Source: an uncultured bacterium | GTDB taxonomy: Bacteria; GCA-001730085 | Direction: 5' to 3' | Assembly: GCA_964565945.1 (NCBI GenBank) | Contig: CAZMGY010000035.1 | Span: 1-32,000 of the forward strand | DNA: 32,000 nucleotides | Shown here: in pieces, positions 8,043 through 15,100 of the stretch | Position numbering within the stretch: the first letter of the stretch is position 1 | Layout of the letters: each line of letters begins with the position of its first letter | Translations under genes and position numbers: made by a program | The notes under the pieces: generated by a model | Told to the model about the DNA's origin: nothing | Databases searched by the model: none | Seen by the model: the letters and a program-made list of their open reading frames with translations, nothing else

Positions 8043-9716
8043 ATGAGGTTACTGCTTTGTCTTTGTCTGCTGGCTCTTGTTTCTTGTTCGTCTCCTGCTG
8101 TTAAGGAGCGTCCGAACTATAATCAGTATCTTAAAATTGCTTTTCCTGGTGAACCACAGACCTTTAACCCCCTAGTGATTACCGATGCGGTCTCGAGCAA
8201 GGTCAGCAAACTATTGTTTGATGGATTAACTCGGATGAATGGCGAAACCTATGTTATGGAACCCTCTCTTGCTCGCCATTGGGAGTGTTCCGAAGATGGT
8301 TTAACCTGGACTTTTTATTTGCGATCCGATGTGAAGTGGTCCGATGGAGAAGCCTTTGATGCCGATGATGTTCTTTTTACCTTACAAGAGGTGATGTATG
8401 ATCCCCGTATTCCGGTAAGTGTCCGCGATGGTTTTCAGGTGGGGGGGCAAGCGATTCAATGGAGTAAGTTAGACGCTTTGACGGTGCAAGCGCACTTAGC
8501 CAAACCCTTTGCTTCCTTTGTGCGTCAGTTGGCTCTGCCGATTGTGCCAGAGCATCTTTTGCGTGACTTATGGCAACAAGGACAGTTGGCCAAAGCCTGG
8601 GGAACGGGCACTGACCCTAGGGACATTGTAGGAACAGGCCCCTTTCGCCTGACTCGTTTTCGTGTGGGAGAACATCTTGTTTTCACACGCAATGAGCTTT
8701 TTTGGAGAAAGGATGAGAACGGAGAAGCCTTGCCCTACTTGGAGGGTTTGATTGCGTTTGTGATTCCTGACTCTAATGCGGCCCTTTTGCGTTTTGAACG
8801 TGGGGAGCTCGACGTATTAGGTTTAAGCGGTGAGCATTGGACGTATTTGTCTAAGCGCAATGGTTCGTTTGATATCTATGAATTAGGTCCCAGTTGGGGG
8901 ACACAGTTTTTAACTTTACATTTGCAAGACAATGTTTTTGCCGCAAAGGATAAGCATCTGTATGATTGGTTTTCCAAGACAAAGTTTCGCCAGGCGCTCT
9001 CGTTTGTGCTTAATCGTGAGCGCATGATTAAGCAACTTATGTATGGTCAAGCGTATGCTCAATATGGACCGTTAAGTGTTGCTAATAAACTGTATTACGA
9101 AGAAAAGGGGGCACGCTACCCGCATAACCCCGCGCAAGCACTAGCTTTATTGCAGAGTGAAGGCTTTGTATTGAACGAGGGTCAGTTGCATGATAGCCAA
9201 GGTCGGCCTGTTCGCTTTAAGCTAATGGTGGGTAGCGAAAGTCTGGTAGGAATGAATTTGGCGCATATGATTCAACATGATTTTAAGCAAATCGGCATTG
9301 AGCTTGTGTTAAATCCAGTGCCTTTTTCGGTGATGATTCAAAAAGTGATGCAAAACCAAGACTGGCAAGCAATGCTATTGGGTTTAACTGGTGGTGTCGA
9401 TCCCTATGGTGGCAAAAATGTTTGGACCAGCCCAGGCCATTTGCATTTTTGGAATTTACGACCAGAGCAAATCTTTGCCTGGGAGACGCGGATCGATCAA
9501 ATTTTTGCCCAAGCTGAAGGTGAATTGGATCTGGAGAAACGCCAAAAACTTTACTCGGAATGGCAACAGTTGGTGGCTAAGGAGCTGCCTTTGATTTATA
9601 CGGTAATACCAGCAAGTTTGTTTGCCGTTCATTTTCGCATAAAGGGAGAAACGCCAAGTTCTTTAGGGGGTATTTTGCATAACGTGATCACGGTGCAAAT
9701 AGCCGATAATAGTTAA
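8043..9716 (+). CDS. ABC transporter substrate-binding lipoprotein, peptide/nickel (family 5, OppA/DppA-like)
   Basis: From the ATG at 8043 the N-terminus is MRLLLCLCLLALVSCSS, a signal peptide with lipobox LVSC. The body resembles SBP_bac_5 proteins. The 7980 start in the ORF track adds 21 non-signal residues and is unlikely. Confidence 0.85.
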   Translation: MRLLLCLCLLALVSCSSPAVKERPNYNQYLKIAFPGEPQTFNPLVITDAVSSKVSKLLFDGLTRMNGETYVMEPSLARHWECSEDGLTWTFYLRSDVKWSDGEAFDADDVLFTLQEVMYDPRIPVSVRDGFQVGGQAIQWSKLDALTVQAHLAKPFASFVRQLALPIVPEHLLRDLWQQGQLAKAWGTGTDPRDIVGTGPFRLTRFRVGEHLVFTRNELFWRKDENGEALPYLEGLIAFVIPDSNAALLRFERGELDVLGLSGEHWTYLSKRNGSFDIYELGPSWGTQFLTLHLQDNVFAAKDKHLYDWFSKTKFRQALSFVLNRERMIKQLMYGQAYAQYGPLSVANKLYYEEKGARYPHNPAQALALLQSEGFVLNEGQLHDSQGRPVRFKLMVGSESLVGMNLAHMIQHDFKQIGIELVLNPVPFSVMIQKVMQNQDWQAMLLGLTGGVDPYGGKNVWTSPGHLHFWNLRPEQIFAWETRIDQIFAQAEGELDLEKRQKLYSEWQQLVAKELPLIYTVIPASLFAVHFRIKGETPSSLGGILHNVITVQIADNS

Positions 9717-9737
9717 GCTGGATGATACAATGTTTTT

Positions 9738-10682
9738 ATGAAAAAGTATGTGGACAGTTGTATAACGCTTTGGTTCGTGACCGTGGTGAGCTTTGGGATT
9801 ATTCATATGGCTCCAGGAGACATGCTGTCGACGCTAGCACTAAGCCCGCATGTATCAGCGGAGTTTATTCAAGATTTAAAGGTGCGTTTTGGCTTGGATC
9901 AACCTCTTGTGCTACAGTATGTGCATTGGCTTAAGAATTTTTTTCTTGGTGATTGGGGTTATTCTTTTGTCTATCAGCAAGAGGTTTTTCACTTGATGCT
10001 GTCACGTCTAGGCCAAACGCTGCTATTGATGGGGAGCTCTTTGATTTTATCTTGGCTGGTGGTGATTCCTATGGCCTTATGGGCTGCACGTTATCGTAAG
10101 GGATGGGTCGATCGCATAGCTTCTATGTTATCGTTGAGTAGTCTAGCCATGCCTGTGTTTGTGTTGGCGATATTAGCGTTGTTGCTGGTGTCACAGACAG
10201 CGACTTGGCCGCTATCGGGAACGGTTCGTTTGGATTATGATTTTTTGCCTTGGTACCGTCAATTGGGGGATCGCGTACAGCATTTGCTTGTGCCTTGTTT
10301 GGTGCTCAGTTTTGTGAGTGTGGGGGGGGGGTTTCGCGTCATGCGAGCCTGTGTGGAAGAACAATTGCAGGCACCCTATGTGTTGGCGTTACGGGCACGA
10401 GGGCTTTCGGAAATCCAAATTTTGTTTAAACACGTATTAAGACATGTGCTCAATCCAGTGATAACCTTGGTGGGCTTGCAATTGCCTTCTTTGTTGTCGG
10501 GGGCGGCTTTTGTTGAAATTATTTTTGCTTGGCCGGGACTGGGATCTTTGATGCTGAAAGCTGTGATGCACCAAGATTTGTTTGTAGTGATGGCTAACCT
10601 TGTGCTAAGTGCGATATTGTTAGTGTTAGGAACCACTCTGTCGGATTGGGGGCTTAAATGGCTAGATCCTCGTATTCGCTAA
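9738..10682 (+). CDS. ABC transporter permease (OppB/DppB-like)
   Basis: It is a 314-aa polytopic protein. The N-terminus (WFVTVVSFGIIHMAPGD) and the EAA-like region (YVLALRARGLSE) are typical of the DppB family. Confidence 0.9.
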   Translation: MKKYVDSCITLWFVTVVSFGIIHMAPGDMLSTLALSPHVSAEFIQDLKVRFGLDQPLVLQYVHWLKNFFLGDWGYSFVYQQEVFHLMLSRLGQTLLLMGSSLILSWLVVIPMALWAARYRKGWVDRIASMLSLSSLAMPVFVLAILALLLVSQTATWPLSGTVRLDYDFLPWYRQLGDRVQHLLVPCLVLSFVSVGGGFRVMRACVEEQLQAPYVLALRARGLSEIQILFKHVLRHVLNPVITLVGLQLPSLLSGAAFVEIIFAWPGLGSLMLKAVMHQDLFVVMANLVLSAILLVLGTTLSDWGLKWLDPRIR

Positions 10683-11599
10683 CATTTAAGTCTGTTGTGT
10701 TCGTGTGTCTCGGTCTTTTGTTTGTTATAGGGCTCGTTGGAATTGATTTCTTTTGTCCTTATCGTTTTGACCAACAGTTTGAAGACCTAACCTATCAGGC
10801 ACCAGTTTTGTGGTCTAAGACTTCCGAATCTTGCCAATGGTTTGTGAGGGGTTATGAGTATAAGGTCTTAGGGATTTCGTGTGATTGGCATTTGTGGGGC
10901 AGTTCCTCGGATCAATCGATTTTTCTTTTGGGTTCAGATCAGTTTGGGCGCGATATTTTTTCGCGTTTGGTCTGGGCGTCAAGGATCTCTTTAGGTGTGG
11001 CATGTGCTGGAGTTGCTGTTACCTTTGTGTTAGGAATGGGCTTAGGGGGTGTAGCGGGCTATTGGGGTGGTTGCGTGGATCGATTGCTGATGAGAGTCTG
11101 TGAATTATTGATGAGTTTTCCTTTTTTCTTTGTGATGTTGGCTTTGCGTGGGGTATTCCCTAGCTCGATGAGCTCGGTGCAAACCTATGTTTGCATCGTG
11201 ATTTTAATGAGTCTTGTGGCTTGGCCTGGTTTGGCTCGTGTGATTCGAGGGATGGTTTTGTCGCTCAAGGAGCGTGAGTTTGTGGTGGCAATGCGTTGTG
11301 CGGGAATGAAGCAAAGCAGCATTATTCGCAAGTATGTGTTGCCGCATACTTATTCGTATGCGATTGTGGCGGCGTTACTCAACATTCCAGTCTATATCTT
11401 GGCCGAAGCTGGATTGAGTTTTTTTGGCTTGGGGATTCAGGAGCCGTATCCCAGCTGGGGCAATATGTTGCAGGCGGCAATGAATGTAACGGTGCTTCAA
11501 ATGTACCCTTGGATGTTGTTTCCTGGTGCCGCCTTGTTCGTTGTCGTTTTTGTTGTGTTAGCTTTGGGTGATTGTAGAGTAACAAAGGAGCAACGATGA
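10658..11599 (+). CDS. ABC transporter permease (OppC/DppC-like)
   Basis: It is a 313-aa polytopic protein with LGSDQFGRDIFSRLVWASR and EFVVAMRCAGMKQSSIIRKYVLPH motifs. It overlaps both neighbouring genes, which suggests translational coupling. Confidence 0.9.
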   Translation: MARSSYSLTFKSVVFVCLGLLFVIGLVGIDFFCPYRFDQQFEDLTYQAPVLWSKTSESCQWFVRGYEYKVLGISCDWHLWGSSSDQSIFLLGSDQFGRDIFSRLVWASRISLGVACAGVAVTFVLGMGLGGVAGYWGGCVDRLLMRVCELLMSFPFFFVMLALRGVFPSSMSSVQTYVCIVILMSLVAWPGLARVIRGMVLSLKEREFVVAMRCAGMKQSSIIRKYVLPHTYSYAIVAALLNIPVYILAEAGLSFFGLGIQEPYPSWGNMLQAAMNVTVLQMYPWMLFPGAALFVVVFVVLALGDCRVTKEQR

Positions 11600-12888
11600 T
11601 CACGGTCAAAAATGTGAGTGTTAAGTATTTATATTCGGATATCCAAGCTTTACAGAACCTATCGTTCTCTTTGGAACGTGGTGAGATTTTAGGAGTGATG
11701 GGCGATTCTGGTTCGGGCAAAAGCACCTTAGCGATGGCTCTAATGGGTTTATTGGACCCAACAAAAGTGGAGCAAACGGGAATTATTGCCAGTGAGGGGG
11801 AAGACACTGTAAGGGCCATGGTGTTTCAGGATCCAGTGTTAACCTTGGATCCATTGATGACAGTTGGTGCTCAGGTGGAGGAGCTCAAAACACTTTATGC
11901 CAGCCTTGTGGACCCCACAACCTCATTGTGGGATGAGGATCTTTTTACGGCTGTAGGGCTGTCGTATATTGCAATCAAAAACAAATATCCACACCAACTC
12001 AGTGGCGGTATGTGTCAGCGGGTGGGTGTTGCGATGGCCTTAATGCGCCAGCCGCATCTATTGATTGTCGATGAGCCGACTACTGCCTTAGATCGTGAAA
12101 CGCGAGAGCAGATTTTGGCTCTTTTGCAAAATGTGACCCAAAAGTTTAATATGGCGACGGTGTTGATTAGTCATGATCCCGAAGTAATTGAACATGTGGC
12201 GAATAAGACTTTGTATTTGCAAGAAGGACGTCAGTCGGGCTCTTTTAGGGTTGACAAGGATTTATCTCCATTGAGTCGAAGAGGCGAGAGTAGCGCAGCT
12301 GTTTTGTTAGACGTGAAGAACCTTAACTGCCAGATCAAGGGGCAAACCATTTTAAGCAATGTAACGTTGTCATTGAAGGAGGGGGAAATTGTAGGTTTGT
12401 TGGGCCGAAGTGGTTCTGGCAAAACTACTTTATTGCGCTGTTTACTTAACTTAGTTCCTTTTGAAGGGCAGATTGATTATAAAGGATCTTCGCATGGCCT
12501 TCAGCCGATTTTTCAAAATCCACGTGCTTCATTGAATCCCAAAATGACGGTTCGCTCTCAACTCGAAGATATTCGTAAGCTTGCAGGGCAAGGCTCTTTG
12601 GTTGAGGTGATGGAGGATGTCCAACTGGAGCGCTCTTACCTGGATGCGTATCCCCCGCAGTTGAGTGGTGGTCAATGTCAGCGGGTGGCGATTGCGCGGG
12701 CTCTTTTGTTGCAACCCAAAATCCTTTTGGCGGATGAGCCCACGGCGTCTTTGGATGCATCTTTGCAGGTCAATGTATTGAATCTTTTGCATTACTTATG
12801 TCGCCAGAGGTGTATGAGTATGTTTTTGGTTTCGCATGACACGAAGGTGCTGAGACATTATGTGGACAATGTTTATGTTTTAGAATAA
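11596..12888 (+). CDS. Fused double ABC ATPase (OppD/OppF-like, two nucleotide-binding domains in 430 aa)
   Basis: NBD1 has GDSGSGKST, VFQDP, LSGGMCQRV, LLIVDEPT and ISHD. NBD2 has GRSGSGKTT, IFQNP, LSGGQCQRV, ILLADEPT and VSHD. SD aaggag lies at 11585-11590, and the ATGA overlaps the upstream stop. Confidence 0.9.
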   Translation: MITVKNVSVKYLYSDIQALQNLSFSLERGEILGVMGDSGSGKSTLAMALMGLLDPTKVEQTGIIASEGEDTVRAMVFQDPVLTLDPLMTVGAQVEELKTLYASLVDPTTSLWDEDLFTAVGLSYIAIKNKYPHQLSGGMCQRVGVAMALMRQPHLLIVDEPTTALDRETREQILALLQNVTQKFNMATVLISHDPEVIEHVANKTLYLQEGRQSGSFRVDKDLSPLSRRGESSAAVLLDVKNLNCQIKGQTILSNVTLSLKEGEIVGLLGRSGSGKTTLLRCLLNLVPFEGQIDYKGSSHGLQPIFQNPRASLNPKMTVRSQLEDIRKLAGQGSLVEVMEDVQLERSYLDAYPPQLSGGQCQRVAIARALLLQPKILLADEPTASLDASLQVNVLNLLHYLCRQRCMSMFLVSHDTKVLRHYVDNVYVLE

Positions 12889-12894
12889 GTTGAA
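12874..12894 (+). repeat. Left copy of a perfect 21-bp direct repeat (tatgttttagaataagttgaa)
   Basis: It is identical to 14509-14529. It covers the last four codons and the TAA stop of the ABC ATPase gene, plus 6 nt beyond. Confidence 0.95.
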
Positions 12895-14508
12895 TAGTTT
12901 TACATCTATATATGTTCTAAAATAACGGTTTTAGGATCTGAATATTTATCAAGTAACAAGAATATATATGAAGTAATTTCAGAATATTTCACTATTTATG
13001 TCAGCAGTAGCTTTTTTGAAATAATCTTCAAGAGGGTTAGAAGGTTCGACTCCTATCTTATCTCATTCCGCTTGATTGAAAGGCATTTTTTTAACTCCCT
13101 TAACGCCATATATGTCAGAATCCTGAGTCCGATTCCGATATTCGGGGCATCTGAAATACACTCAATTACATACGATAAACGTTTTTTTTGCTTTGTCAAT
13201 GTTTGTCAACAGCCGAATTATCAGTTGGGCTATATCCATCAGTTGCGATAGACTCGTATGAGGGTTTTTGTCTAACGAAGTAAACACGCGAGAGCAAGAA
13301 GTTTTGCCTACACAGGATTCAATGAGCTTATTCTATCCTCAAATTTTTGAATGATCGAAGATAAAGCATATTTTATAAGTAGAGAACGTAATGGGTTGTT
13401 TTCTGAAGATAAAGTTGTAATGTTAGCGAGTTTATCAAGGAAAGAATTTATTGCAATGTCAGAAGGATTTTCTTTTGGTATAGAGTAAGTAAAATATCTG
13501 TCAAAAATACTCCTTAGTGCATAGGCGCAGTTTATTGCGCTACTCCATAAAGTTTAGTGACGAAAAGCCTATAGTATATAGTAGCTTTATTTGTGGGAAA
13601 AGGTTTTTTAGTAAGTCAATATACTTTGATGATTGCGTTTCTCCCTTATGTTCCAAAGCAGAATTAATTGTTCCTTTTATTTTTGTGAATAACTTCATAA
13701 AATTCAGGATCAAACACCTGTATGCCCACTATTAGCAGAAGGTCTACAGTATTAATCTCTCTTTTTTGTAGTGGGAGAAAGGATTTTAAACCATTTTTGT
13801 AATGGTTAACTTTTCGGAGTGTTGGTATTTCTTTTTGGAAAGAATGACTAAAAAATTCTTTAAATTCATTCCACTATTTTTCAGGTAAAGGGATTTCAGA
13901 AACTTCAAGTACTTCGGCAACAGCTTGTAACCATAAGTCTAGTAAATTTTTATTTGATACGGCAGGTAAGTCTAGATAGATTTAGATTATTTTTCTAAAA
14001 ACTGTTCCCCTAATTTTTCATTAGTACCTGCATAGCTTTCTGAAAGAGATGAAGTAAGTATCTCTTTATCAAAGGCAAGTAGATATCTAATAGATTCAAA
14101 ATCGGCTATATGCTTGATCAGTTTGAAAACAGCTTGTAAACATAAATCTAGTTTTATCAAGACGATCTATATCATCTACTATGACCAAAAATCACTCCGA
14201 ATTAGCCTTGAGTTTCTCTTTAAATAGAGTTTCGTTTTTTCAAAACATCAGGATTATACAAGAAAGCCTCTAGAGCACCCCCAAACCCTACATCAGAATC
14301 GAAAGCTTTTTCAAGCGTATCAAAAAAATCAAATAATAACTTATTAATATTCCCACAAATCCATGAATTAAACAGAATAATCCCTAGAATGTTCATTGTT
14401 ATCCAGATGTTTTATGATGACCTCTTAGCCTAACTATTTATTGAAGCCATAATTATATACTAATTGTGAAGGAGGTCAAAATGAAAGGAAAAAATAGACG
14501 TCAGAGCA
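12895..14508. mobile_element. Remnant of an inserted element or genomic islet (AT-rich, no intact ORF, no recombinase)
   Basis: It is bracketed by the 21-bp direct repeat. Hand-counted lines give about 25-32% GC, against 55% for a line of the adjacent ATPase gene. The only recognisable coding signal is a decayed KAP NTPase gene on the minus strand. Confidence 0.55.
13311..14479 (-). pseudogene. KAP-family P-loop NTPase pseudogene (multiple frameshifts and in-frame stops)
   Basis: My own minus-strand translation gives the following fragments. 14479-14434: PPSQLVYNYGFNK* (decayed Walker A). 14396-14220: MNILGIILFNSWICGNINKLLFDFFDTLEKAF.... 14185-14150: VIVDDIDRLDKT (Walker-B-like). 14145-13987: LCLQAVFKLIKHIADFESIRYLLAFDKEILTSSLSESYAGTNEKLGEQFLEK*. 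13993-13664: KII*IYLDLPAVS...EK*WNEFKEFF...TLRKVNHYKNGLKSFLPLQKREINTVDLLLIVGIQVFDPEFYEVIHKNK. 13502-13311: DRYFTYSIPKENPSDIAINSFLDKL.... The order and motifs match the KAP NTPase family as I remember it. Decayed 3' sequence may continue toward 12895. Confidence 0.7.
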
Positions 14509-14529
14509 TATGTTTTAGAATAAGTTGAA
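14509..14529 (+). repeat. Right copy of the perfect 21-bp direct repeat
   Basis: tatgttttagaataagttgaa is identical to 12874-12894. Confidence 0.95.
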
Positions 14530-14644
14530 GGGTTTAAAATTTGTTTTGGCCGTTCCTTATTTGGCTACTAAAGTTGTGCTTCAGGTTTTGGCACAGCGAG
14601 ACGATGTGTAGCAACGAGAAATGTCCTACAAAGGTGTAGCTACC

Positions 14645-15072
14645 TCATAGGGCTTGGTGATGTCGTCGTACGTGGATGCCAAAAGTACAGTAGTCAAAAG
14701 TCTTAAGATGATGAATTTGATTAAAACATCTCACCACGATCCTACGCGAATATCGGGCACATTGTTCGTAATAGTTGTGAAGCTTGTGGGCACCGTAAAA
14801 CCAACCAACACCGATACCCTTGGCTAGCTCGACCGCGAAAAGCCAATAGATGGTGATGTGATTGATTATATTATATTGAGGTAATAGAGTTAAGTATAGG
14901 TGGTGAATACTCTGCCGCCAATAAAGGCGACTAGACAAATGTAGAGCATAATAAAGAAAAGCTCCACCAGAGTATTTGCCCACCAAGTAAGAAACACAGC
15001 AGACATTGCCTGATCCGATAGCGGATCAGGCAGCGGCGAAGATAAAGATCCCTCATGAGAACCATTGATCAT
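14645..15072 (-). pseudogene. Possible frameshifted small hydrophobic/His-rich membrane protein gene (two overlapping minus-strand ORFs)
   Basis: ORFs 15072-14890 and 14986-14645 overlap in different frames. The first encodes a hydrophobic stretch (MSAVFLTWWANTLVELFFIMLYICLVAFIGG from the ATG at 15006). The second has a TTG start with no SD and is His-rich (AHKLHNYY, IHHLK, HVRRHH). I recognise no family. Confidence 0.3.
15007..15032 (-). terminator. Perfect 11-bp inverted repeat (tgcctgatccg-atag-cggatcaggca); possible terminator of the 1153-aa gene or a protein-binding palindrome
   Basis: It forms an 11-bp perfect stem with a 4-nt loop, 69 nt downstream of the stop at 15101 (minus strand). 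The downstream minus-strand sequence atgtctgctgtgtttctt is only moderately T-rich. Confidence 0.35.
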
Positions 15073-15100
15073 GTGCTTATGTCATAAATATGAAATACCC

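Noticed and set aside
13043-13053. tRNA/tmRNA-like T-loop motif ggttcgactcc near the left end of the insert (a possible tRNA fragment, as often found at island borders)
   Set aside because: The flanking bases give only a 3-bp T-stem (gaagg/cctat). I could not build an anticodon arm, a D-arm or an acceptor stem. It is also not part of the 21-bp flanking repeat. I treat it as coincidence or as a fragment decayed beyond proof.
13517-13735. Plus-strand 72-aa ORF in the AT-rich insert
   Set aside because: It lies antisense to recognisable KAP NTPase fragments. It is low-complexity and AT-driven, with no SD, so it is a shadow ORF.
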